Positions 42,425-52,287 of a stretch of 64,000 bases of DNA are shown piece by piece. Location: positions 6,240,001 to 6,304,000 of the forward strand of contig CP181291.1 of assembly GCA_052279835.1 (NCBI GenBank), written 5' to 3'. The position numbers and the translations under genes were made by a program. Positions within the stretch are counted from its first letter, which is position 1. The number at the start of each line of letters is the position of its first letter. This DNA is from Microcoleus sp. (lineage in GTDB: Bacteria; Cyanobacteriota; Cyanobacteriia; Cyanobacteriales; Microcoleaceae). The notes beneath the pieces are model-generated. The model was not told the DNA's origin and made no database searches. It saw nothing but the letters and a program-made list of their open reading frames with translations.

Positions 42425-43660
42425 ATGACAACCCAGATAAATTTAGCACAATCTACATCTCCTGAAGAACTCAAGACTCAGCTACAAAGTTTAATGCAAA
42501 AACTTGAAGAAGTCGAAGATGAAAAAAATAGCTATGAAACTTTAGTAGAAATTATTACCGAGCATTCCACGGATTTGGAAAACCAAATCCGTCATAATAA
42601 TCGAGAGATGCAGACTTATATCGAGCAGGTAAAAAAGGTGATAGATGCAGCTATCGCTGTGAAAAACAACTGCTTTGAACCTCAGATATTGTCCGATGTC
42701 GCAGCGCGCAGTGATACGCTGGGAGAACTGGCACAGGTTTTTTCCCATATGGTGCAAACGGTGAAAGCGCGGGAACAGGAATTAGAGAAACTTTTGCAGG
42801 CTTACGGACGTTTTGTTCCCGATGAATTTCTGCAATTTCTGGGAAAGCAGAGCATTGTGGATTTCCAGCTTGGAGATCACGTCAGCAAAGAGATGGCTAT
42901 CATGTTTTCTGATATCCGTTCGTTCACCACAATGGCCGAGCAAATGACTGCTCAACAAAACTTTAACTTTATCAATAGCTATTTACAGCGAATTAGTCCC
43001 GGAATTCGGAATCACAATGGTTTTATTGTCAAGTATATGGGAGATGGAGTGATGGCAGTTTTTCCCGAAGGGGTTGATGATGCCATTCAGGCGGGAATTG
43101 TGAAGTTAGAGGAGTTGCAAAAATATAATCAAAGCCGTAAAATCAATGGAGAGATTCCGGTAAATATTGGCATTGGTATCCATGTTGGTGATACGATGGT
43201 GGGGATTATTGGAGAAGCAAATCGGATGCAAGCCGATGCGCTGTCCGATCATGTCAATATCACGGCTCGTCTGGAAGGTTTGACTAAGTATTATGGCGTA
43301 TCTTTATTAATTTCAGGAGAGGTGGTACAACGTTTGAGTCAACCGTCCAAGTATCATATTCGCTTTTTGGATCGGGCGATTGTGAAAGGTAGACAAGAAC
43401 CGATTACTGTTTGTGAGGTGTTAGATGTTGAAGTAGAACCAGTGCGATCGCTCAAAATTCTAACTTTGCCTATTTTTGAGGATGGACTAGAACAATATTG
43501 TCAGGGAAACTTTGCTAATGCCAAGGTTTGTTTTGAAAAAATTGTGGCGTTAAATCCCGATGACAAACCCAGCCAAATTTATCTAGAACGCATCCAAGCA
43601 CTTTTAGAAAATAGTATTCCGGCTAATTGGAATGGCGTGTGGAAATTTACCCAGAAGTGA
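42425..43660 (+). CDS. Coiled-coil/HAMP-like + class III adenylate/guanylate cyclase + C-terminal TPR-like helix
   Basis: IMFSDIRSFT, VKYMGDGVMA, GIGIHVG, SDHVNITARLEG, VKGR, WNGVW. Confidence 0.9.
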   Translation: MTTQINLAQSTSPEELKTQLQSLMQKLEEVEDEKNSYETLVEIITEHSTDLENQIRHNNREMQTYIEQVKKVIDAAIAVKNNCFEPQILSDVAARSDTLGELAQVFSHMVQTVKAREQELEKLLQAYGRFVPDEFLQFLGKQSIVDFQLGDHVSKEMAIMFSDIRSFTTMAEQMTAQQNFNFINSYLQRISPGIRNHNGFIVKYMGDGVMAVFPEGVDDAIQAGIVKLEELQKYNQSRKINGEIPVNIGIGIHVGDTMVGIIGEANRMQADALSDHVNITARLEGLTKYYGVSLLISGEVVQRLSQPSKYHIRFLDRAIVKGRQEPITVCEVLDVEVEPVRSLKILTLPIFEDGLEQYCQGNFANAKVCFEKIVALNPDDKPSQIYLERIQALLENSIPANWNGVWKFTQK

Positions 43661-43688
43661 CCTAAAAAAATAATTGGAGGGAGACAAT

Positions 43689-44300
43689 ATGACATCTGGA
43701 AGCTTGGAGAAAGGGATAGAAATTTTTGGAGAATTTATCGAGGAGTTTCCACCGGATCATGACTCCCTAGAACTTACATTTACTCCCAGTTCTCGCCCCA
43801 TCAAGCAGCGCTGGCGAAACAATCGGGTATCTGCTCATTTTGTAGCAGATTATTTGTCTAGTTTTTTACCAGTGGACGAGCAGAATTTTAGCAGCGAAAA
43901 ACGAATTAAACAAAGCAAAGGAGCCGTGAGCTATATTGCTAATGAACTGTTAGAAAATGCTATAAAATTTAGTGATGATGACTGTAATCACAAGGTAAGG
44001 TTTGGGATTCACTTTATAGGAGAAGATGATGTAACAGCGGTGATTTATGCCACGAATTATGTGAAGGAAGCAGCAGCTCATAAATTGCAGGAATTCATTA
44101 AAGAACTGCTGATTTCTGACTCTAATGAACTCTATTTACAGCAGCTTGAAAAAAATGCTGAAATAGAAAGTGAAACATCGGGATTAGGATTGCTGACGAT
44201 GATTAATGACTATGCTGCTAAGATAGGTTGGAAATTTGAGTCGATAGCCGATAGTGTCCCTATGCTCGCTATTACGACCCTCGTTCAAATTAGTGTTTAG
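43689..44300 (+). CDS. Slr1658/SiaB-like GHKL kinase (anti-sigma-type)
   Basis: RWRNNRVSAHFVADY, NELLENAIKF (N-box), SGLGLLTMINDY (G-box). Confidence 0.75.
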   Translation: MTSGSLEKGIEIFGEFIEEFPPDHDSLELTFTPSSRPIKQRWRNNRVSAHFVADYLSSFLPVDEQNFSSEKRIKQSKGAVSYIANELLENAIKFSDDDCNHKVRFGIHFIGEDDVTAVIYATNYVKEAAAHKLQEFIKELLISDSNELYLQQLEKNAEIESETSGLGLLTMINDYAAKIGWKFESIADSVPMLAITTLVQISV

Positions 44301-44334
44301 TATAGCCAGAATTAACTCAGGAAACCACAAAAAC

Positions 44335-44688
44335 ATGGATATTCAAGAACTTAAAGGTCAAGACTATTTTATTCAATACGATCCAGAATCGGTGACAGTC
44401 TGTTTCAAAGGCGAACTCAGCTTAGATGGAGCCTCAGATTATAAGCCAATAGTTGATTTATTAGATGAGATTGCTAGTTTAGAACCTCCTCACATTACTT
44501 TGAACCTCAAACAACTGGAGTTTCTTAACAGTTCTGGTATTAATATGCTCTCCAAGTTTGTCATTAGTGTGCGGAAAAAGAAAACGATTGAACTGTTGGT
44601 AACAGGTTCAAATGATGTTCCTTGGCAACAGAAATCTCTCAAGAATTTAGAAAAGTTGTTGCCAACCTTGAAGCTGCAATTGGAGTGA
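44335..44688 (+). CDS. Slr1659-like STAS/anti-anti-sigma protein
   Basis: FKGELSL, LNLKQLEFLNSSGINMLSKFVI (phospho-Ser motif), PWQQKSLKNL. Confidence 0.78.
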   Translation: MDIQELKGQDYFIQYDPESVTVCFKGELSLDGASDYKPIVDLLDEIASLEPPHITLNLKQLEFLNSSGINMLSKFVISVRKKKTIELLVTGSNDVPWQQKSLKNLEKLLPTLKLQLE

Positions 44689-44702
44689 TTTTTGTTAATG
44701 GT

Positions 44703-46082
44703 TTAAGTTTGTTGCACAGGCAATTCAATGATAAATTCTGTTCCCTGAGACGGTTCTGACTCGCACCGCAGAATGCCACCGTGGTTTTCTACTAAAATTT
44801 TATAGACTATCGACATTCCTAAACCGGTGCCTTTACCGATTTCTTTAGTTGTAAAAAACTGCTCGAACATTCGTTCTTTTACGTCAGCCGTCATTCCCGC
44901 TCCTGTGTCAGCAATGCGGACGATAACTCGATCGCTTCCTGCTAGCTCGGTACGGATATAAATCTTTAATAAAGCATTTGGTCGTTCTTCTGCTGCTTCT
45001 TCCAAAGCATCGATCGCGTTGCTAATCAAATTCATAAATACTTGATTTAGTTGTCCGGCATAACACTCTACAGAAGGCAATTTTCCGTAATCTTTAACTA
45101 CTTCTATATCACGACCAATTTTTTTAGAATTCAGACGGTTTCGCAAAATTAACACGGTGTTTTCAATGCAGTCGTGCAAATCGCATTGGGTCATGTTAGT
45201 ATTATCAGTCCGCGAAAAGTTCTGCATCGATTTGACTATTTCGCGGATTCGATCGGAACCCATTTGCATCGAAGACATCACTTTCGGCAAGTCTTCCACT
45301 AAAAAATCTAGCTCCATTTCTTCGATTTGATATTTTATTTCATCACAGGGATTAGGATAGTTTTCTTGATAGAGACGCAGTAGGTGTAGCAAATCTTGAG
45401 TATAAACTTCTACATAGCTCAAGTTGCCGTAAATAAAACTAATGGGGTTATTAATTTCGTGGACAATACTAGCCATTAGTTCTCCCAGAGAAGACATTTT
45501 TTCGCTTTGCAGGAGTTGAGCTTGAGTTTCTTTGAGTTCGCACAGGGTGCGCTTGAGTTCATCGGCTTGAGATTCCGAAGTAGCCCTAGCACTACAACTT
45601 TCTTGATAAAGTTCAACTTGTCTGAGATCTACTTCAAATTGTTCCATTTCGCTTTCTTCTTGATATTGGCTCACCACTGCATCAAAAGCTGCGAGCAGTT
45701 CGCCGGAAGCGGAGGCTACAATGTACAGTAGGTGAGGATTATCTGGCTTCAGGTCGGCATCTGGAACCTGTACTAATGCTCTTATGCGATCGATATATTC
45801 GCGCACCTGTTTATCTAAATACAGTGGCGCTTCAAAATACATTGATTTGACAACGGGTGAAGGGGGAGTTAATAAGTTGATACTGGTGTCAGTGTGGATT
45901 AACCCACGGTGAGATTTTTCCATAAGAGCGATCGCCTCTAGCAATTGAGTCCGCAATGTTTCTCTTTCTGCCGTTTCTAGAGAGCAAACCAACCTCATGG
46001 CAAAAAATGCCGTTTTTTGAGAAAGCATTCGCTGTCGCCCACTGACGTTAATCAGAGCAGCGCTAATTTTTCTAGCGGTCAT
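44703..46082 (-). CDS. Soluble histidine kinase with a NarX/PilJ-like N-terminal sensor
   Basis: INVSGRQRMLSQK P-box-like motif; VHEINNP; NQVFMNLISNAIDA; FFTTK..GKGTGLG; no TM segment. Start chosen at MTARK. Confidence 0.85.
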   Translation of the reverse strand: MTARKISAALINVSGRQRMLSQKTAFFAMRLVCSLETAERETLRTQLLEAIALMEKSHRGLIHTDTSINLLTPPSPVVKSMYFEAPLYLDKQVREYIDRIRALVQVPDADLKPDNPHLLYIVASASGELLAAFDAVVSQYQEESEMEQFEVDLRQVELYQESCSARATSESQADELKRTLCELKETQAQLLQSEKMSSLGELMASIVHEINNPISFIYGNLSYVEVYTQDLLHLLRLYQENYPNPCDEIKYQIEEMELDFLVEDLPKVMSSMQMGSDRIREIVKSMQNFSRTDNTNMTQCDLHDCIENTVLILRNRLNSKKIGRDIEVVKDYGKLPSVECYAGQLNQVFMNLISNAIDALEEAAEERPNALLKIYIRTELAGSDRVIVRIADTGAGMTADVKERMFEQFFTTKEIGKGTGLGMSIVYKILVENHGGILRCESEPSQGTEFIIELPVQQT

Positions 46083-46211
46083 AATTTCTTCAAGATTGAA
46101 GTAGTTTTTGAATGCCACGATAGGTAATACCTCCGACTCAACTGAATGTCTGTAACTCCTGGTCGCAGAAGATATGGTCATCATAAAAAATGTTTTCACT
46201 ATACTGTCAAA

Positions 46212-46254
46212 AATATAGTCCCTAGGTGGATCTTTAAGTAGTATAATTAGTCAC
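46212..46254 (-). promoter_or_regulatory. Possible NtcA-type promoter for the NarX-like kinase
   Basis: Minus strand GTG-ACTAATTA-TAC, 23 nt, TATATT (consensus GTA-N8-TAC-N22/23-TAN3T, one mismatch). Confidence 0.35.
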
Positions 46255-46294
46255 AGTTTTTCAGTCAGTATTACAATCTATGTTTTTACAGGAT

Positions 46295-47110
46295 CTAGGT
46301 CAATTGCTCAAAAAATTTTCCCATCAGATTTGCCATCATTTCTGGTTGAGTTTGGGGCAACCCATGAGTCCCGTTGGGAATAATAGCTAATTCTGCTTTT
46401 GGTATTTCCTTGGCGTAGGTTTGAGAATGCCACAGAGGAATTGTTTCGTCGTTATCTCCGGTAATTACTAAAGTGGGAATTGGCAATTTGTGAATGTCTT
46501 TTTCCACGGTATCAATGGCGTCTTCCGGGCGCATCCGACTCATTAAAAAAGAGCGAGCTACTGGTTGAGACATTAACTCCCGCCGCCAACCCCATATTTG
46601 CTGTAATTCGTTACTTTTTCCGGCTAAATTAGCAAAAGGTTTTGCCAATTGTAGAGTCCAATCAACGATCGGCGTTTGCCACAGTAGGGGCCGCAAAGCA
46701 TCATATTGACCGCAAAAACTGTCGTCTCGAATTCCAGCAGGCGCTGCTAACACTAAACTGCTGACGGAATTTGTGTATTTGAGAGCATAGGCAGCCGCCA
46801 CCCAACCCCCAAAAGAATGTCCGATAATACAGCAGGGTTCGATATTTAGTTGTTCTACAACTTGTCGCACAAAAGCAACCTCTACGGAAACATCGTAACA
46901 GATTTCTGGTTTGCTAGATTCTCCAAAACCTAACAAATCTAAACTGATGCAGCGAAACTGAGATTGCAATAACTCAATGAGTGGGAGCCAGCAAGTCTTT
47001 TCTCCAAAGAAACCGTGCAGCATTAATAACGGTTGCCCGCACCCGATGTCGAGGTAAGTGGCTTGTTGGGTGTTGCCATTGACAAATGTACTCAAAGTGT
47101 GCTTCTGCAT
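46295..47110 (-). CDS. Alpha/beta fold hydrolase
   Basis: LMLHGF, DLLGFGES, GHSFGG nucleophile, GDNDET, GTHG. Confidence 0.9.
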   Translation of the reverse strand: MQKHTLSTFVNGNTQQATYLDIGCGQPLLMLHGFFGEKTCWLPLIELLQSQFRCISLDLLGFGESSKPEICYDVSVEVAFVRQVVEQLNIEPCCIIGHSFGGWVAAAYALKYTNSVSSLVLAAPAGIRDDSFCGQYDALRPLLWQTPIVDWTLQLAKPFANLAGKSNELQQIWGWRRELMSQPVARSFLMSRMRPEDAIDTVEKDIHKLPIPTLVITGDNDETIPLWHSQTYAKEIPKAELAIIPNGTHGLPQTQPEMMANLMGKFFEQLT

Positions 47111-47267
47111 TGTTCTTGACTCCTGGTACTGGAGGGATGTTTGTAAACTATTGTTACCATACAAGCATCCAAAGGTTAAACTTCATTACGGAGTGGAAAA
47201 TCCAAAAACTATTGTGATAGTCTCTATTATGATTTTAAATACTGCAAACATAAAGCAGGAGAACACT

Positions 47268-47468
47268 TTGAACTCCAACTTAAAACAATACCCAGCTTGT
47301 TCGCTGCGCGAAGATGTGAGTGAGTACGTGGCACACCTACAGCTTCACATGACTTTACAGGCTCGCAACTTACTCCCTACCATTACACAGGCTAAGGACA
47401 GTCGCGAACAACTTTTGCAGCAGACTCAGGCTCATTTTGAGAAACGAGTATCTAGACAAGCTCTTTAA
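47268..47468 (+). CDS. 66-aa small protein, possibly NirP1-like
   Basis: TTG start after AGGAG; CSLREDVSEYVAHLQLHMTLQARNLLP...SREQLL.QTQA.FEK. Confidence 0.6.
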   Translation: MNSNLKQYPACSLREDVSEYVAHLQLHMTLQARNLLPTITQAKDSREQLLQQTQAHFEKRVSRQAL

Positions 47469-47574
47469 ATCGTAAGTTGACGATCGCCCAATTTGATTCG
47501 GTGTCCCTGGATTTAGATCCGGGGTCAATTTATAAAATCTACAATTCAAAAAATCTCCAATCTCACCAAAAAAC

Positions 47575-47986
47575 GAGCGAGAAGCCCCTGGCTTTAGACA
47601 TGGGGAGGAAAGTGGCTGCGGTTTCAACCGCCTTCAATATTTCCCGCTCTAACTGATTGGAAAGTTGAGTTAGAATATATTGTAAGTAAGACAACCATCT
47701 ACGTGTTGAAACATTCTAGTATCGGAGAAATCCCGGCGAGCGTGAGCCACCACACTCCTCAAGGAGTAGTAAGCCTGTATAACTGACAAGTAATGGCAGA
47801 GTGTGAAGCGTACCTATCTGGCGTTGTGATGGTCTATGAAAACAAACACAATTTAAAAGTAAGCGCAATTGCAATATCTTTTATAAGGGTAGTTGTTTTG
47901 AGCGTGTAGAGGTGATTTGATAGCACCTTTGAGAGTTTTCGGATTCATTCAAGAATCCCCGTGGCTTCAGCCCTGGGGAGTATCAA
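47575..47986 (+). mobile_element. Non-autonomous IS200/IS605-type mini-element
   Basis: Left hairpin gaagcccctggctttagacatggggag; right end aagaatccccgtggcttcagccctggggagtatcaa; no ORF inside. Confidence 0.7.
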
Positions 47987-48077
47987 ATCCATTGACGATC
48001 GCCCGGTTTCTATGATGGCATACGCATAGTGGTCGGTTTTCGGTAATATGCGGTGGATGTGTGAAAAATAGATTTTT

Positions 48078-49889
48078 ATGCGTATTCTAAATATTCAGGC
48101 GATCGCAATTTTGACTCTAGCCACATGGACTGGGGGGGAATTAGGAGCCAAAGCTGCAACTGAGGTGAAATTGGCAGAAGCAGAAGCAGCAGCAGCAGAT
48201 AGCCTGTCGATAAATCCTGTGGCGGTAGAAGCTCCATCACCCTCTGTTAAAGTTAAATCCAGCCCAAGTAAAGATTTTGCCTTGGTGTTAAAAACTGCCC
48301 GTAGCCCAGGGGCGGTGGTTGAAACGCCGGAATCATATCAATTCCGGTTGTATCGGAATGATTTAACCGCGAAGGCGCGAAGTACGCGAAGGAAGAGAAG
48401 AGAGAGTTTAATCATTCCGATGCTAACGGATTTTAGATCGTTAGATATTTCTCCAGACATTTCCCAAAAAGCGGGTATTGAACAGGCTGGATGCCTATTC
48501 CACGGGAATGATACCAGCAGTTTATGCAATCGCCAAGCCCGACAGCTAGAGGGTACTGCACAGGTTTCTCAAGCTGGAGATGTGGGCGGTATCTACGTTG
48601 CAGAGGTGAAAATTCGGTTTGTCAATTCCAAGGGGGAAGCCGTTGACAAGCAAGGGAATCCGATTCAGGGCAGAATTTCTGAAGATTTTATCCGTGGCGA
48701 ACTCAAACTCAAGGCGGGAGATAATTACAGTCAGGATGTAGTGCGATCGGATTTGCAGCAGTTGCAGCAATTGGGATTGTTTGACATGGTGACGGTTTCT
48801 ACTGAAGAAGTTGGCACTGATATTAATGTTATATACAACGTCCAAGAGCGATCGGCTCGGTCTTTTGGTGTCAGTGCGAGTTTGAGTGATGACATTGGCT
48901 TAGCGATTCCTCTGTCTTATACCGATCGCACTTTAGGTACAAATCCGCAACGCCTGTCGGTGGAAGTTCAGCCCAGCCTCCGAGATTTCGAGTATGATGT
49001 CCAATTTGTCAGCCCTTACGTTGCCGCCACTGATACTTTGGGATACAGTGTGAGAACTTTTCGCGATCGCCGAACATCGGAAATTTTCAACAACGATATT
49101 AACTTGCCCAATGGCAATCGAGTTCGAGAAATTCGGATGGGAGGAAATCTGGCATTTACCAAGCCTTTGGGGGATTGGCGAGGGACTTTGGGATTGAATT
49201 ATACAAATATCAGCACCCGCGATCGTAATTTGAATATCGCCCGCCGTGACGAATTGGGAAACCCTCTCACTTTCAGCGGCACTGGCGTTGACGAATTATA
49301 TACTGTTTCTTTTGGCGCCACGCTCGATCGGCGCAACAATCCCTTCAACCCAAGCAGCGGCTCGGTTCTCAGCCTCAGCACCGAACAATCCATCCCCCTG
49401 GGACAAGGGAACATAGTGAGCAATAAATTATTAGCTAATTATATACAATATATACCGTTGAATTTCCTCGGCCGTGGCGATACGGAAGCATTGCCAGAAA
49501 CCTTAGCTTTTAACCTGCAAGCAGGGACGGTAATTGGAGATTTGGCACCAACAGAAGCTTTTCGTCTCGGTGGGCGGAATTCCGTGCGGGGTTACGACAC
49601 AGGAGATCTCGGTAGCGGGCGGAGTTATTTCTTAGCTTCCGGGGAATATCGGTTTCCCGTCAGTAGAGATGTGGGCGGGGTAATATTTGTCGATTTTGCC
49701 TCAGATTTGGGAACCGGAGACAGCGTGTTGGGGAAACCAGCGGTGGTGAGGGACAAACCGGGTACTGGGGCTGGTTTTGGCGTGGGAGTCCGAGTGCGAT
49801 CGCCCTTGTTGGGATTAATCCGCTTTGATGTGGGTGTTAGCGATGGCGGCGACATCAAATTTGTACTTGGTACAAGGCAGCGATTTTAA
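48078..49889 (+). CDS. Omp85/BamA-TamA family outer membrane protein (one POTRA + barrel)
   Basis: Signal peptide; POTRA (DLQQLQQLGLF); LGGRNSVRGY; SGEYRFP; C-terminal RQRF. Confidence 0.9.
   Translation: MRILNIQAIAILTLATWTGGELGAKAATEVKLAEAEAAAADSLSINPVAVEAPSPSVKVKSSPSKDFALVLKTARSPGAVVETPESYQFRLYRNDLTAKARSTRRKRRESLIIPMLTDFRSLDISPDISQKAGIEQAGCLFHGNDTSSLCNRQARQLEGTAQVSQAGDVGGIYVAEVKIRFVNSKGEAVDKQGNPIQGRISEDFIRGELKLKAGDNYSQDVVRSDLQQLQQLGLFDMVTVSTEEVGTDINVIYNVQERSARSFGVSASLSDDIGLAIPLSYTDRTLGTNPQRLSVEVQPSLRDFEYDVQFVSPYVAATDTLGYSVRTFRDRRTSEIFNNDINLPNGNRVREIRMGGNLAFTKPLGDWRGTLGLNYTNISTRDRNLNIARRDELGNPLTFSGTGVDELYTVSFGATLDRRNNPFNPSSGSVLSLSTEQSIPLGQGNIVSNKLLANYIQYIPLNFLGRGDTEALPETLAFNLQAGTVIGDLAPTEAFRLGGRNSVRGYDTGDLGSGRSYFLASGEYRFPVSRDVGGVIFVDFASDLGTGDSVLGKPAVVRDKPGTGAGFGVGVRVRSPLLGLIRFDVGVSDGGDIKFVLGTRQRF
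48335..48438. mobile_element. MITE copy embedded in the Omp85 reading frame
   Basis: The first 48 nt are identical to the reverse complement of the 15310..15441 element end. Confidence 0.8.
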
Positions 49890-49893
49890 ATTA

Positions 49894-49933
49894 TTGATAC
49901 TCCCCACCGATGAATCGGGGGGATTATTGAAGA
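49894..49933 (-). mobile_element. Isolated IS200/IS605-type right-end hairpin
   Basis: Minus strand aatccccccgattcatcggtggggagtatcaa; same GGGGAGTATCAA terminus as at 47986. Confidence 0.6.
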
Positions 49934-50027
49934 GAGTCCAAACTCTTTTAAGATACCAGGGGCGGGTTTTATAGATGGTAGGTTTACTCCTACAAAGAAT
50001 GAAACAGCCCTGCCCCTACCACTCCCC

Positions 50028-50507
50028 TTAAAAACTGGCGGCGTAAGTTAATTCAAATTGGCGGCCTAGGGTGATACAGCAATAGTGGGGTCTATCAAAT
50101 ACTAAATTGTAATTCATTTCCCCATCTATTTTGATTACCGGTTGTTTTAAAGGGATGCCATGAATGTTATATTGGCGACGTTCTAAGGCACTCCAGTCAA
50201 TGATTTTGAGATCGATTTGGTTCTGCAATTCACTGGCTAACAAAAATAGTTCCATCTTGTCTTGAACTTTGCCAGTCAAGGGTATTTTCATTAACACTAA
50301 CTGGGTGACAAGAGGTTTTTGTTCGTTGGGAAACTTCTGGGTGTGGCAATGTCCAAGTTCTATATCATAAGGTTCTACCTTGAATTTGTCTTTGGAAAGA
50401 AGGGAAGATGCGTGCAAGTCTTTGAGGCACTTTTCCAGGTGGGGAATCAACCCCAAGTCTGGATCGCATAGGAGTTTGCGAATATTGGAAGTTTCGGTGA
50501 CTGTCAT
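50028..50507 (-). CDS. Hypothetical protein
   Basis: 159-aa ATG ORF with no motif recognised. Confidence 0.55.
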   Translation of the reverse strand: MTVTETSNIRKLLCDPDLGLIPHLEKCLKDLHASSLLSKDKFKVEPYDIELGHCHTQKFPNEQKPLVTQLVLMKIPLTGKVQDKMELFLLASELQNQIDLKIIDWSALERRQYNIHGIPLKQPVIKIDGEMNYNLVFDRPHYCCITLGRQFELTYAASF

Positions 50508-50574
50508 GTTAGATTTTTGATGTTATTTTTTGATTCTTACTTTTAGCTTAGCGCTAAAGGGATCGGTCTAAAAT

Positions 50575-52263
50575 CTATTTTTTGGTGAGTTTCCAGAGAT
50601 TAAGCTCGACTGTATCAGTAATGGGGTCTATTTTATAGTTTTGCTGCTGGATTCCCGATCGCAATACTGAGGATGGTCTGTATAAAAACAGGTCACTAAA
50701 ACCCTTGGGAATTGTAGGTACTTTGGGTTTGGCAAGTGCCAATTCCCGATTTTTGTAGCAAGCAGTGTAGCAGCGGGGTGCAATTAGTAGTTTGACTTTT
50801 GGTTCTAGCTGATAGCTTAAAGGCATAATATATGCTATATTGGCATCGCTAATGATTAGGGGCTTGGTGGCTTGATTAATCGCCTTAGCTACTTCTATTT
50901 CGGTGCGTAGCCAACCACTGCCTTTATTCCACCAACTGTCTGCTTGAGAAATTATTCCCGCGGATATAATGCCGGAGGCAAACAGTGACACCATAATGAA
51001 TTTCCACACATTTTGGTGCTTACCACCATCTAGATTGCCACTAATTTTTATAGACAGTAGATAAGCAACTGCTAGCTGAATTCCCACATAACATGGCACT
51101 AAATATCGCGGATTTGCCGATCGCCTTCCACCTTTAAGTATATCGGGGACTGCTAAAAATAACGCCGTTGTTGCAATTGTTAACAATATCAATAGCCAAA
51201 CTCGTTTTGGTGTATGTCGGCACAGGAAAAAAATTGCATATCCCACCAAAGCGAGGATAATTAGACTCACAGGAATTAGTGAGGCTACTTGTGTGGTACT
51301 AGCACTGCCATCAATGCCTACATCGAAAAAAGCGATGGTGACGGAACCAGCCCACCTGCTAACTAATTTTAAGATATTTGCCTGTTCAGTCCAGACTGTG
51401 GTGCTTTTAATTTGATTGATGTTTTCTGAAACATTGATAGCCGTAGGCATGAAAGCGATAAATCCTACTAAAGCTGCTACATAATAGGCAATAAATGTTT
51501 GAATATCGCGCCAGTTGGCAATAATTGCGATGTAGATTGCATGGGCGGCGGCGACGCAGATAAATAACAAGTGGGTGTAAAGTCCCATTGCTAAGGTTAC
51601 TGCGTAAATTATCCAGTCAAAAATCAACCCCATGGGGTTGAGATTTTCCTGTACCCGCGTTGCTCGCAGCAGGGATGCTGTTGATAAAATAGTAGTGACA
51701 GTCCACAAACTGTATTGTCTGGCTTCTTGGGCAAACAGAATATGGTAGGGAGAAATGGCAAAAATGGCGATCGCCATCCATGCTACAGTGCTAGAGGCAA
51801 ATAATTCCCAAGCTAGCCAATAAATGGCGGGAAATACTAGCAAGCTAATCGCCACAGCTAAACTTCTCATGGCTGTGACAGAACTGCCGAACCATTGCGC
51901 CCAATATCGGGCTAGTATGTAATACAGTGGCGGGTGCTGGGAGTCTTCGGTTGCTAAAGAATGTAGGGTGTCAGTTAAATGGTGTTCGGGATTTATGTGT
52001 TGATATTTTTGTAAATCTGAGGGCGATGTTATTTGCTGGTAAGAAAAATTTTTGAGCATTTCGGCTTCGGTGTAGCCGGCAACTCTCAGGGAAGTATAGG
52101 TTTCATCAATCCAGTAAAACTTGCGATCGATATTTGCCAAACGAAAAAATATCCCTAGGACTAATATAAAGATCATTAAAAATCGCAACCCCTTGTGCAG
52201 TGGAGGATGCTGAGAAATTAGTCGATCGCCATTTTTAGGAAATTCCATTTTAAATAAACTCAC
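50575..52263 (-). CDS. GT39/PMT-like membrane glycosyltransferase
   Basis: YWIDETYT, QHPPLYY, MRSL, AQEARQYSL, RYLVP. Confidence 0.87.
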   Translation of the reverse strand: MSLFKMEFPKNGDRLISQHPPLHKGLRFLMIFILVLGIFFRLANIDRKFYWIDETYTSLRVAGYTEAEMLKNFSYQQITSPSDLQKYQHINPEHHLTDTLHSLATEDSQHPPLYYILARYWAQWFGSSVTAMRSLAVAISLLVFPAIYWLAWELFASSTVAWMAIAIFAISPYHILFAQEARQYSLWTVTTILSTASLLRATRVQENLNPMGLIFDWIIYAVTLAMGLYTHLLFICVAAAHAIYIAIIANWRDIQTFIAYYVAALVGFIAFMPTAINVSENINQIKSTTVWTEQANILKLVSRWAGSVTIAFFDVGIDGSASTTQVASLIPVSLIILALVGYAIFFLCRHTPKRVWLLILLTIATTALFLAVPDILKGGRRSANPRYLVPCYVGIQLAVAYLLSIKISGNLDGGKHQNVWKFIMVSLFASGIISAGIISQADSWWNKGSGWLRTEIEVAKAINQATKPLIISDANIAYIMPLSYQLEPKVKLLIAPRCYTACYKNRELALAKPKVPTIPKGFSDLFLYRPSSVLRSGIQQQNYKIDPITDTVELNLWKLTKK

Positions 52264-52287
52264 TTGGGGTTGCTAGATAAATGATCA

